A DNA stretch of 64,000 nt from assembly GCA_001179505.1 (NCBI GenBank), contig CDMY01000385.1:248001-312000 (forward strand). Direction: 5' to 3'. Positions 49,801-63,032 of this stretch are shown in pieces. Source of the stretch: Vitrella brassicaformis CCMP3155. Taxonomy: Eukaryota; Protista; Chromerida. Under the pieces are notes generated by a model. It was not told the DNA's origin and did not search any database. It saw only the letters and a program-made list of their open reading frames with translations. Numbering within the stretch: the first letter of the stretch is position 1; each line of letters opens with the position of its first letter. A program made the position numbers and the translations under genes.

Positions 49801-50961
49801 GTTTATTGGAGGGGGAGGCTGCTCTGCTCACATCCGATGTGGATGTCGAGAGGCACCGATACATCAGTGAGGTCAAAGGTGTAGTTGAGGGAGCCACTGG
49901 TCACATTCCAGCCACGCGACGCAACCTGACCAACCAACACACACCAGTGACTGCGTCGCACCCCTCCTGTCCCCTGCCCTGCCCTGCCCTCTGTATCTGC
50001 TGACCACATCCGATGCGCCCTCGTATGTGTGCGGCACACAGGTGCCCGGGTAGCTGAGGTAGTCTCGCTCCACCCCGTCAGGATCCACCAGCGTCGGCCA
50101 CTCGTACATGTACTCGGGCGACGCGTAGTACCCATCTTCCTGCCACACACAACATTCATCAAAAGGAAGAGTGACGCACAGGAATGCAAGCTTGATTGGT
50201 TGGCTCGGTGTGTGTGTGTGTACCCCCTCTTCGATCTTCCACACGGTGACGAACTCGTCATTGACACCGGGCGTCTCAATGAACTCCCCGGCCTTGAACA
50301 TGCCGCCGTCGGCTGTGGGGGCCCTAAACTGATATCCCCACCACGCAGCCTGATTCGACCCGTAGATCTCTCCGGCTGGGTTGGCACGCGGCTCCAAATC
50401 GAGAATCTCAACCTGAATTGAGATGAAGAGGAGCGATGGGTGTCTGTCTGTCCGGCCTGTTTGTTGAGATGGCCTGTCTGCATGTCTGTGTACCTTGATG
50501 ATATCGCCGGCTTCAGCGCCGCACACGTAAATGGGCCCTGTGAGGATGTGGACGCCGTCCCCCTCCCCCGTGGCGCCACGCTGGCTGACAGCCTTGACAG
50601 AACTGTCCCAGTCGTAGACGCTCTCCAGCCCCTCGTCCCCGGCTATCATCATGTCATAGTCGTCGCACGCCGTGTGGGTGCCCATCTCGACGGTGACCTC
50701 ATCGCCCGAGTTGATGAACAGCCTGGGCGGCTCATTCTGATGCACAGAGAGAGTGACGGGTGGCGTGTTTGTGTGGATGCATGGCATGGATGTGCTACAT
50801 ACCTTTGAGAAGTAGCCAAAGACGACTGTTTCGGCGCTGAGGGGGAGGTATTTCTCGCCTTCCGATGCTGCAGGGCATCCATCGACCTGTGCACGGATCT
50901 GGCTGACGGACAAGGCCGCCACAAGGGCATATAGCACAAGGCGAGGCAAGGACGCCATCAT
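46844..50961 (-). CDS. Secreted acetamidase/formamidase-family (FmdA/AmdA) protein with two tandem catalytic domains
   Basis: Signal peptide MMASLPRLVLYALVAALSVSQIRA. Domain 1 has TVVFGYF, HILTGPIYVCGAE.GD, GGNID and GDAHAAQGDGEVSGTAIE. Domain 2 has TVHWGYY, HIMTGPVFICGVEPND, GHNLD and GDAHSTQGDSELTGTAIE. Confidence 0.9.
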
Positions 50962-51482
50962 CCACACTGTTCGACACTAACAAGTCCTGCTAACGTGCTC
51001 AAGTCGTCTGTTCGATCTTGCCTCCACCTGCTCGCTTGGCGCGCAGACCGCCGTTCTTGTAAATTTTGCCTTGCCGCTGGTGACCCGTTGTAAATTATTT
51101 CACATGTGCGTCTGCCTCAAATGTGCAAGAATCAAATCAGCAGGCGGCCCACACCCTGATGCACAGGGACGACAGATGGATCCATCCACACACATCCACT
51201 CAATCACTGCACGACTGCCCCTGCGCACTCCAAACACGACAGACACATCATCAATCACATGATGGATGATGCACACAACACACACGCCATCAAGCGGAAG
51301 CGCAGCCCAGTGTGTCCCTCCCAGGTGCGGTGCGGCGTGTTGTCTTCCTTGCCGACACAGCTAGCGATTAGATAGACTTAGAAAGGGAAATGAGACAGTG
51401 GCCAATCGATCAACACCGAGGTGGTCAACTCAACCCAGCGTCCCTCCCCGTCCCAACTCCTAATTACTCAGCTGCTTGTCTG

Positions 51483-54400
51483 TCATCTGGAGGGCGGCCT
51501 GCCCATCGGACCGCCCGTTCGGGGCCCAGATGAGGTGCCGCCGTACTGAAACGTATCCATCCCACCGCTGCTGACCCGCCCCAGCCCCATACCTACACCG
51601 TAGCTCGACAAGCCTGCCTCATGCGATGGGTGGAGCCCTGTCCCAGTTCCCGTCGGCATGGAGGTCTGGTGTTGGAGGCCGGGGGTGGTCACGTGTGCCT
51701 CCTGCTGCTGGGATGGGAGGGACAGGCCCAAACCTGCCGTTGAGTATGGCGCGCGATAGCCGTAGTCTGACCAACCAACACGCACACACACACACGTAGA
51801 GGGTGTGTTATGGATGGATCGATGTGGATCCCGTACCTTCGCGGAGTGGTGTGGCGCCGAGTCCGAGTGTGTATGCGTTGTCTGGCATTTGGCTCTGGAG
51901 GTTGGCGAGTTCGTTACGGAGGTTCTCCATGCGATACTGGTCGCTGCTCACGCGCTTCAGGAACGAAACTATCACCTCAGATTGACTGCAGGCAGACAGA
52001 CAGGCAGGCAGGCAGGCAGACAGGCAAGGAGATACATTGACGTGAATGAACGAATGAGGGTGCATATGTTGTGTCTGCCGCACCGAACGAGAAGGTCGGT
52101 GTGGTCTTTGCGGATGCTCTTCTCGGTCTCCACCACACGCACACGCTCCTGACACACATGTGCACATCAGTGCAGTGCTTATTTCGGTGTGGTGGCTGTG
52201 TGCGCCGCCGTGCCCTCCCTCACCTGTAGTTTGTCGATCTCGGCAGTCTTGGCGACGGCCGACTTCTCCAACTCGTGGATAATCGTCTGCAGCTGAGTGT
52301 TCTGGTTCTGATGGACCAAAGTCGATCACACACAGACGAACAGGTGACTGCGCGTGTTGGTCGATCCACGTGAGTGAGTGTGTGTGTGTGTATGTCGCAC
52401 CTTGAGCTGTTCGACTTGTGCGTCGTGGTTTTGTCTCATGGTGTCGAGGATCTCGTCGTTGCGCCGACGGGCCTCAGTCACTTGCTTCTGGAACTTGCGC
52501 TGATCAGAGGAACCAACACACACACACACACAGATGTGGGTGCCAACTGTCCTCTGTGAGAGTGTTGGTACTGACCTCAAGGCCGATGAGCTGTCGTTCG
52601 TGTTCAGCCTGTAGAGTGAGAGTGCGCTTCTCGGACTCGGTCTTGCTCAGCTGCAGCAGCGCTGTGTTGATCGTGTCTGTGAGCTGTCTGAGCGAATCGG
52701 GGGCCGCCGGCCGGCCGCCAGTCTCATACATCCCTGCAGGCAGGCAAACAGGCCGCCAGCCATAAACGCACGCGCCCTGTGCTGCTGTCCTGTCCGTCTG
52801 TGTTGAGGCTAGGCTGGCCCACCTTCCTGGAGTCGCTGTTTGTACTTGTCGATCTCGGTGCGGTTGGACCTCTTCTCGTCGTCGAGCTGAGCCTGGAGCC
52901 GGTCAGCCTTGTGGGCCATGTCCTCTGCCTGCCGCCTGGCCTCGTCCAGCTTCTCCTCCAAGTACAACTTCTCCTCAGTCCACCTACACACACACACACA
53001 CACACACACACGTGTCATACACACACATATCAGCCGGTGTGGGGTTGCTAGGGTCAATGCGATGGTCTTGCTGCTCACTTTCTCCGTTCGTCGTGTACGC
53101 TGCCGACGACCTCTTGCCTCTCGTGGTCGAGTGCGCTCTGCGTCGCCTGTGAGATGGACAGATGCAAAACCGCAACACACCACATGTGGGTGTATATTAG
53201 TGCGTGTGATAGTGATACCTTGTATTTGGCCTCCAATTCCACGACGCGTTTCTCGAGCTCTAGCTTTTTGTTTTCGAGTACGGTGCGCATGTCCTGGAAC
53301 ACACGGTTGACACTCTCGACCAGCAAATTCATACCGAAACCCATCAGAATCTGCCAGCCAGCCAACCACACACAAGATACATACACACGGAGAGAGAGAG
53401 GGCGGTGCTGTCATCCAGCCAGCCATCCATCCATCCATTCAGTTGGTAGTGCTGGTGTCTGAGGCTGCTTGCCTGTGCGCTGGAGGGTCCCTTGGCTTTC
53501 TGCTGGAACTGTTGGTGAATGGCCTGCCAGTCCTTGAGGAGTTCGTCCAGCTGCCGGTACGCCTTGGTCGCCAACTTCTCGTATATCGTCTTGTTGTACG
53601 ACTCGCGGATGAGCTGACACATTGTCAGTCAGTCAACCACCACACATACATGAAGGCACATGTTATGTGTGTGTCGTGGATGGATGTGACTCTCCTGACT
53701 GACTGACCTGTTCAGCCTGTCGTTTGCTGAGTGAGACGTTTTCGCTTTCGACTTGCTCGAACATGGCCCCGATCTTGTCTGAGAACTCCTTCCGGAAACC
53801 CTTGTACCTGCACACACAAACAGCAAAGGAAGCAAAAGATGGGCCGTGCTGTGCTGTGCTGAAAGGACGCAGTTGGCGACATACGGACGAACCTCATGTC
53901 GTTTTCATCGAAGTTGTGTGATTCGAAGACCTTGAGCGCCGCCTTCTTGCTCTCCTTGTGCAGCGCACGGAGGTCCTTGAAGTCCATCGGCAAATGCTGC
54001 ATCGCCTGTGCAGCAAACATCAAGGCAAGGCCACATACGTACGCATCATTAGACACCTACCTACCTACCCTGTGGATGATGTCTGTCTGTCTGTCTGCAT
54101 CCTTTCTTTGTGTGTCGCCTCGCGTCGCCTACCTTGTCGTTCATGAGCTGCCTGTAGGTGTGCTGGGCGTCCTTCAGACACTTGCGCAGCTGACCGTGCA
54201 TCACACTCTGGCAGCATCCATCACAGACAGACACGCAGGCAGGCAGGCAGTCAACGGACACATGTCAATCAATCTCCCTGGGTCCGGCTGCCGCTCACCT
54301 GCCATGCGGTTGAGATGGTGGGCACGGCTGATTCGTTGAGCGCCTTGACGTACTCCTGCGCGAGCTGTGCGAGCATGGGGCCGCTCACAGGCACTCCACC

Positions 54401-55791
54401 GATGCTCTTGGGCTTGATGTTGGCGTACACCTTGTGCACAAACGCCTCAACCTAGTCGATCAATGCAATGCATCCATCCATCCTATGCCATGCGATCGAT
54501 CCATTTCTTTCGACAGACAAAGACATACAGCCTCGTGCGTGACGTGACGTACCTGCTGTTTGAACTGTGGTCTGAGTCTGTCGTATGGCACCCTCTGTAT
54601 CTCCCGGAGGTCCTTCTCGTCAGCCACGGGCCGAACCAACGTCATGCAGTCACGATCCCTGCACACACATATCCATCCATCCATCCACACCGATCTGCCA
54701 CAACGCCTTCTCGCCACCCACCCACCTGAAGAGGTTCTTGATCATGGATCGAATTCTGTTCTTCTCGACGATCTCCTCACTGTCGCCGGCCTGTGGCTGC
54801 AGTGCGTTCTCGAGGTAGTCCCGCGATGTGATGGCCTTGTTGGTGCTGGGGTCGATCAACTGAAGCGCGAAGTCACGCAACACCCACAGAAACGACGGAA
54901 ACACAGTCGCCAGATCAGCTATCTCAGCGTCGGGGCTCTTGGGCCTGTTTGAGCGGGGAGGGAGAGAGGCAGGCAGGCAGAGTTTGGTTGGTGTGTGGTT
55001 CGTTCGTTCGTTCCTTCGACTCTCTCTGACCTTGACTTGACGTGTATATGTTTCGTCAGCTGCAGCACCAGTGCCAGCGAGTCCAACGCCTGCACACACA
55101 CACATGCATTGCAAGGATGAACGACACCGCCGCAGCAAGGGTGGGGTGTGGGTGTGGTCTCCTCTCCGCAATGATTGACTGACTACTGACCGACCGTCTC
55201 GTCGATGGCCTTCATGGAGTTGTAGATGAAGTATGATGCGAGGAGGAGCGAGAGGCATATGATCTGCATGTCGATGCTCTGCGTGCGGTGGAAGGAGCCC
55301 AGCCCTTCGGTGTCGAGGAAGATGCAGTGGAAGTTGGGCGCCACCTGCACCGGCTGACCCCACATCCATATACCCTATATGACACACACACACACACACA
55401 GACAACACAATCCATACCGACACACACCATGCCAGGCACCTACCCAGCTACCTACCTTAGTGCATGGGTTGGTGGAGGGTCCGATCTCGAAGCCCTGCTG
55501 CAGCCCCAGTAGTCTGTTGAGGAGGTAGCTCTTGCCGGTGCGGTAGAGCCCTGCGATGGTGACCACCCCGAGCTTGCCCTCTATCTGGTTGAGGATCTCC
55601 ACGGCATATGGGTTCAGCTTGCACTTGCCGTGGTCGTCGATGTCTATCAGCGTCACAGGCCCGTTGTGGTAGTGACTCTTCTCATCCGGCTTGTGGGGGG
55701 GCGGCGGAGGGCCCTGCGGGGAACGGCTGCGAGGCTGCGCCGGAGCCTGGGGGGGACGGCCCTCGCCGGGTGGTGAGGACCCTGCCCACAT
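51483..55791 (-). CDS. Guanylate-binding protein (GBP/atlastin superfamily GTPase) with long C-terminal coiled coil
   Basis: P-loop AGLYRTGKSYLLN, CTKGIWMW, LDTEGLGS, YFIYNS, FPSFLWVLRDF and RDCMTLVRP are followed by many coiled-coil exons. Confidence 0.93.
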
Positions 55792-56396
55792 GCCAAACGG
55801 CAATCAAATGACAGGGTCGAGTGGTCCCGAACGGCGTGCCGAAGGGCAAAAGAGTTGCGGAGAGTCCCCTTTTGGTCCCTGGCGAGCAGCAACGCAGGCG
55901 GCCACAACGATGACGAAGATGCAATTGGTCCAGGTTCGTCAAGGCTGTGTCGTCCGAGGAGTACTTGCCCTCCACACCTCCTCCCTCCCTTCCCTCTCTG
56001 CAAGCTTAGCTGCAGACGGAATCAAGCGCGCAACTGCGGCGAATGGTTGCTTGGCACCCTGGGCTGGCGCCAGCCGTCGGCGAATGAATGCTGTCACTGT
56101 TCCCGTGCTGCTTTCGAGAAAACGGCTTAGCCTCTCTTGACGAGGGGGAAATTCAGGTGCCAACAAACAAACAAACAAACACAGCTTGAAGGTGCAGCCA
56201 GTCACAGGGAGGTGGATGGGATGGCTGTGTGTGTCGTCTGCCTGTTTGTGTGTGTGACACACAGATATCTGAGGGAGGCGAGGTCCGCGAGGGCAAAACA
56301 GTCTTCAGAGGCCGACCTTCTCAGCGGCAACAACAAGATCGTCAGAGGCCACGTTCGCTCTTCTCCGGCCTCGCTCCCCCCGTGCCATTTCTCCTG

Positions 56397-59300
56397 ATGG
56401 GCAACGGAGGCAGCGCAACCGCCCAGCCATCTCGGGCCCCCTCAGTGGCGCCAAACCAGGACGAGCCAGAGGAGATGTCGTCAGCGCCCACCCAAGTGGA
56501 CCCTCAGATCAACGTCAGCGGCCGCCTCTCCTTCGCGCAGAAGGGCCTCCCGCACTATGGCGTGGTCGTCATTGTGCTTCGTTCATCTCCCGACAGCAGG
56601 CGCCCTGACCCTGTTCGCGTCAAGCTGCAGCAGAGTTTCCTGCAGATCTTGAAGGACAACCGGCGGCTGACGTGCCGGCTGGTCAAGCCACGGGGCGGGT
56701 ACCAGTCGGCAGGCCTGCTGGTGGTGGCGGTTGGGGCCGTCGAGGACGCACTGCCCCCAATGGCGGAGGAGCAGGAGGTGGTCAAGCAGACGCTCACGGG
56801 CAAGTGGACCACCTTCAAGAAACACCTTATGCCGCTCCTCAAGAACGGGTGGGTGAGAGGGGGAAGGCGGCGCTGCAGACACAGTGACGGGAGCGTGGAG
56901 GCCTGTCTGTCTGTCTGTTTTGCCTGCTCAGTGACGATCTGCCGAGGCTGTTCACCCCTGCTGAGACCGTCGAGCTGGTCCGCCGTGAGCTCTACGCCAT
57001 GAGATACTCACACGATGCGCCGTATCAGAGCTTCGCCGTAGGCAAATACCGCGCACCACCGACTGTTGCATTACCCCGATGTATCGGTTATTTATCCTTC
57101 AGGGTTTGCGTGTGATGGACGTGTGTCACCAAGCGGGCGCCATAGAGGCGGACGACGTGTTCCCTGTCCACCGCCGGGAGATCCTCGCGGACGTGGCCGC
57201 TAACTGGAGGATAGCCAGACAACCACTCAAGAAAGTGGTGAGAGCCAAACTCACTGACACTGACACAGACAGATGCATGTCCGCTGGATCGATGTGTGGA
57301 TGGATCGACAGGTGCACTACTTCGGTTTCCCGATGGGTTACTACTTCGCCTTCCTCAACGTCTACAGCAACTGGCTCATCTACCCAGCCGCTCTAGGCAT
57401 CATATTCTTCCTGGCTGATCTCATCATGCCGCACCTCATGCCCTGGGCTGTCGGCCCCGAAAAGCAGACGCCCACCGGGCCCATCTTCGCCATCATCATG
57501 GCCCTCTGGAGCTCAGTGTTTGTCGAAAGCTGGAAGCGACAGGTGCGGTGCGATGCCATGCGGCTGCGGCAGCACCCATTTGACATCGCACTGAGTGAGC
57601 CCTCTGTCTGTCTTGTGCCTATGTGGTGCAGATCAACACGTACAGGTTCCGGTGGGGCGCTTGGCGGGGCTTCTGGCACTCGAGGGAGAAGTCGGGGTCG
57701 GCAGACTGGCCCGCACACTTCAGACTGCTCAGGTTGGTCTGACTAACTGACACGACAGAACCAAGCACAGGGGTGATGCACCTCACTCATTCCTGGTCTC
57801 ATCTTCCTTCTCGGCCTCACATCACACACTCAGGGACATGCGGATCCACCCCGCCGAGGACCGTGAGCTGCTGAACCACCCCAAGTTCCATTTCCTGTTC
57901 CAGGTGCGGGAGCAGACCGAGAGGGCCCAGGCAGCTATCACAGGCATCGCGCGGAGCATGACGGGCACCACGGAGCTGTTCAGCCACCAGCGGCAGAGAC
58001 GTCGCACATCTGGGAGCCGCATTCACCTCACTGCAGCTGCCGAAGGGGTCTACTGGAAGTGAGTGGGGATGGGATGGGATGGCTGGAGGGGAAGGGAGAG
58101 CACCTCACCTCACCTGGCTGACTTGGTTGATTCGTTGGTGCGTTTAGGCACTTGGGCATCTTGCTGGCCGTCCTCCTGATCATGGCGTCCACGGGCTTCA
58201 CCGTATTCTGCTTGCTGGAGCTGCAGGAATGGGTCAAGTAAGTCGTGACAGACAAAGAAAGAACGACACACCGACGGACTCTGATGTGAGTGACATGACA
58301 TCCACTGTGTACGTCTTGTGTTGTCGTGGTCACGTCACAGCAAGAAGACCTCCAACGGTCTGTTGACCCTCTTCCCGACTGTGCTCTATGTCATGCTGGC
58401 CATCGTCCTGCAGGTCAGCCAGCTCACAACACGAACCCACACACACCATCTGCAGCCTTTCCCCCCTGCTCTGCTTGTGTGCCTTGTGTTGTGTGCCCTC
58501 AGAGCTTCTACACTCAAGCTGCCTCATTCCTGACCAGCCTGGAGGGCCACCGCACGATCTCTCAGTACCAGTCTTCGTTCGTGGTCAAGAACGCCCTGTT
58601 TCAACTGCTCAACTTCCTGGGCTACTACATCTACCTGGCCTTCGCCGCCAAGAACCTCAAAGAACTCTCCACACAACTATACGTCTTCTTCATCGTCAAA
58701 CAGGTCGGTCAACCAGCCGACCAAAGCCACCCAGGCGAGGCGTGCCACACGCACACACAAGTTGTGTGCGTCGTGCCTGCAGGTGTTTTTGAATCTGATG
58801 GAGCTGGTGCGGCCGTCGGTGCAGTCGATGCTGCGCAGTGAGGCGACCTCCCCCGCCCTCGACCTCAATAACCCTCGGCGCGAGCCCCTCTATGGCCGCA
58901 TTATGAAGGAGGCATCACTCGCGCCATCCAACGAGTCCGACGAGTACCTGGAGCTGGCGGTGCAGTTCGGCGTAACGGCCATGTTCTCAGCGGTGTTCCC
59001 CCTAGCCCCTCTGTTTGGCCTCGTCAACAACCTGCAGGAGATCAGAAGCGACTCATTCAAGGTGGGCTGGGGTGGGTGGGTGGGTGGAGGGCAGCCAAGG
59101 GGATGTATGGGCGTGGCCTCACTAGTGTCTTCGCTGCACTGCTCTGCATGGCCGGTGTGGTGTGTGCTGTGCTGTGCTGCAGGCTTGTCGGTTGAGTCGG
59201 CGTCCATTCCCGTCGAGTGAGAGTGTCTATCAGAGCTGGGTGGCCGTCTACGAGGGGCTTTCCATTGTCGGCGTCGTCTCCAACTGCGCACTGCTCGGTC

Positions 59301-62247
59301 GGCACACGCACACACACACAGACACACACGGCTTGGCTTGCTTGGCCGTGTCGCGCTCACTCTACCTATCCTGTCATGGATATGTCTGTGTGTGCAGGCA
59401 TCCTGCAGGGCTGGTCGTTCGGCACCATCCTGATAATCGAGCACCTGCTGCTGTTCTTCAAGGCATACCTCGCATGGTCAATCCCCGACGTGCCCGAAGA
59501 GGTTCAGCAGGGCATGATCGAAAGCGACCTTCTGTCTACCCAGCTGGCAGCCGGCAGCCGGGCCCCATCCCTCCGCACCCCCTCCCCACACACATCCTCC
59601 CCCCTCCCCCAGGTGCCCGAGCAGCCATCCCCCGCCGCCCTGCGCTTCCCCCCCTCTCGCTCGGTCCGCCCCAGCCTGGCAGTGTGCTCTTCGTTGGGCG
59701 AGCTAGACACTGTCGACGACATGGCCCTTGAGACGCCATTCTCTGAAGAGGACTTCGAGCCCTATGAGATATTCGAGAGGGAGTGCTACAGCTTCGGCAT
59801 GGCGGGCAGGGCCGCCGAGGGGGCCGCGGGGGCGGCGGCGCTCTCTGGGAGGGTGCTCATCGACTATGAGGCGATCTTCATGTTGGAGGGGTCGTGGAGG
59901 CTGCTGCGGGATGTGTCGGACAGCATGGAGCCCATCATGGCTTTCTTCGGGGTCCCCTGGGTCAAGCGAATGGTGAGTGAGTGGCCCCACCAAACACACA
60001 CACACACGTGTGACAAAGCGTCTGTCTGGTGTTGTGTTCTTATCCTGAAGGCGATGCATCGCGCGACGCCCACTTGCATCATTACCCTCGGCATTGAGAG
60101 CGACGCCCCCTCGGGCTCTCTCATGCCAGACATCGCGTCACTGCACGTCGTCGCGAAACTGCCTCTCGGGATCACAAAGGTGCGTCAAGACGCGCACAGA
60201 CCCTGAAAACTGTCACGATACTCATCGATCACGTCTATGTCACCCACCAGACGAATGAGGTCCCTCTGGACGGCAGGGAGACGGAGCACTTTGACGAAGA
60301 CAGTGGTTTGTGGAAGACCACCGCATGGATCGATCGCAACCGTATTGTCGTCAAACGGGTCCATCAGACGAGGGAGGCCACCCTCGTCGAAACCAGACAA
60401 GTGAGTCAGTCAAGGGAGGGAAACACACCGCATCGATGCAGTCACAGACGTCTCGATGGATGTCTTCCTCTCTGTCTGCAGTTGTTCGACCCGTCTTCTC
60501 GGCGAGGCTCGCTTGGCTGGCCCGCTGGCAATGAGATGGTGCTGCGGTACCAGTTCCACCTGACGAGCAGCTCCCCCCAGCTCGTCGACCTCACCATCAA
60601 CCGCTACTTCGTGCAGGAGGCCCCCTCCGCCATCGACCGGTCCGCACTCCTCAGGCGGTTGCCGTCCAACTACAGCGACTCCGGCAGGCTGTCGCTCTAC
60701 CGTGATGTGGCGTCGTCCATCAAGCCCTCCCAGCTGCTCTACGGCACACCCGCGTCGGCCATGCCCGACAGCATCAGGTCGGTGGGCGTGCGTGAGCCGG
60801 TGGAGATGATGGACGAGGAGGAGCCCAAGCCGTCGGCCGAGGAGCTGGAAGAGATGGAGCGGTACACCATCGAGGGCAGGAAGGCCTGTGAGGCCCTATA
60901 TGACATGGCGAGGTCCGACGGCTGGAAGGAGGCCGGCAGGAAGGACGGCGCAAAGGTGAGAGAGAGAGAGAGAGAGGGGAGCAGAAGAGCATCCATTCCA
61001 TTCCATCACCGCCCATCCCACCGATATATGTGATGTCATTCATGTGTGTCAGCTGTACCGGAAAGACATCCCCAACATGCCGATGATGGGTCGGGGAACG
61101 ATAGAGTTCCAGGAGGAGATACCGGTGCAGACGGTGTTCGACTACATATGGGACCCAGACACCAAACCCGAGTACGATCCCATGCTCGACGCGGGCTTCA
61201 GCCTGCACGTCTACCCAAACGAACTGGGAATCATGTACCAGGTCAGTCAGTGAGTGAGATACATACAAGGGGAGATAGATAGGCAGGCAGGCAGGCCATC
61301 CAACCAACAATCGCCTTGTATGTGTTGCGGTGACTGACAACTGGGGTTGCGTCTTGCAGGCCTTCCGTGGTCAGTATGGTGTGCCGGGTCGCGACTTCAT
61401 TGTCATGGCCTGGAAGGAATCGGTGCGCCGCACTCACGGGCATACAGAGCGCACGACAATGGTCGCCCTCTGTGCGTTTGTGCTTGGCCATTGCAGTTTG
61501 GCGAGGATCACATGATTCTGGGCTTCAAGTCGATCGACTGGCCGGATGACGACCGCATGTCAAAGAAACACGTCAGGGGCAAATGCATCGTAAGCCATCA
61601 CCCACACCCACACACACTCCCCCCCCCACACACACAGACACACACATAGACAGGGCAGCTGGTAGCTAGCGAGGGGACTAACCGTACGCTTAACGCAAGT
61701 GGTGACCCGGGAGGTTGACTGGTCTCCTCCCCCAGTAGCTGCGCATTTCGTGGAGCGGCACACACGCCCTCGCCATACCGATGAATGCTCTCAGAGAGTT
61801 AGTCTCGTTCTTCAATGGTCTCTGTTGGGCTGCGTGTCGGGCGAGGGCCCTCAGGGCCTCTCCTCGCCTCGCCGTCGATGAGACCGTGGGGAGGAGATGA
61901 CATTGTTTTTGATACACTGCATATGAACACACGCTCTTTGCATGATGATCGGTATTATGGCTTCCTTGATAGCTGTTTCTTTGTTGCTGTGTTGGTGTGT
62001 GCCCTTATGTGTGCAGCTTGGTGGCTTCGAGGTGCGTCGTCTCGAGAACGGTCATGTGGAGCTCTCATACTTCAACCAGGTAGGTCAGCCACATAACTAA
62101 CGTCGCTTTGGGACCACTTGTGTGTGTGTGGCGTGTCAGGCTGATCTGTGCGGCAACATCTCCGAGTGGCTGGTGACGCAGGCCAAGCTGGATCAGCTCA
62201 AGATCGTGACCAATGTCAAGAGGCAGCTCATAAAGAAGACGGCATGA
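56397..62247 (+). CDS. Anoctamin/TMEM16 fused to an FABP/lipocalin-like domain and a START domain; N-myristoylation-type start MGNGGS
   Basis: TMEM16 motifs: HYFGFPMGYYFAFL, WSSVFVESWKR, DEYLELAVQFG...FSAVFPLAPLFGLVNNLQEIRSD.FK, IEHLLLFFKAYLAWSIPDVP. FABP-like: LEGSWRLLRDVSDSMEPIMAFFGVPWVKRM...ETR. START: WKEAGRKDG, VFDYIWDPDTKPEYDPM, RDFIV, HVRG, ADLCGNISEWLV. Confidence 0.9.
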
Positions 62248-63032
62248 GACAAACGCAGGCAGGCCAGCCATAGACAGAGACAGGCAAGACAGGGCAAGGC
62301 AGTGCAAGGCAAGGCAAGACAAGACCAGTAGGGTAGGCTAGGTAATTGCAGGTCAATCGATATGGGATCATTGGCACTTCTCCCGTCCCATTGTGCTCTT
62401 CGCTCGCATGGAGGCAACGGCCCCGTGTGTCCATCCGTCCGTCCCTTCGTCGGTCGGTCGGTCGGTCTGTCTGTCTGACTATCTGTCTGAGTCAGTTATG
62501 GTGGCTTTGTTGGCCTTAATTGCTCGTGTGTGGTCCTGTCCTCTGAAGTGTCTGTCTGTCTGTCTGTGTTGGGAGGAGGGGCTGGCAGCTCAGCTGGCTC
62601 TGACGTGACTTTGTGTGTGTTTGGACTTGTGGGATCTCATCCTGTGTCCTCTTCACCTTGATCACATCGCCTCCTGTGTGAAGGCTGCCCCTCGCTGGCC
62701 TCGTTTCATGGTCAGCTGTTCTGGCAAGTTCTGTCTCGTTTGTTGCTGTCCAAGAGCATTGAGACAGCCGGATGGACGAAAGCCGTGACTGCGTCACGCA
62801 CACACCGCAACACACACACGCATCCACCCACCCACCCGCCACGCAAAGGCACGGCACAGCACGGCACAGCGCGGCCTGCCTGCCTGCCTCAATGTGCGAT
62901 AGACTCACTCAGCTGCGATCGTCCGTCCAACCAACCAATCGACCAAGGCACAGTGATGAGCAATCGACACACCGACCACCGACCAAATGACACAAAACGC
63001 ACCACACCGACAGACCTACTGGCTAGTCTAGT

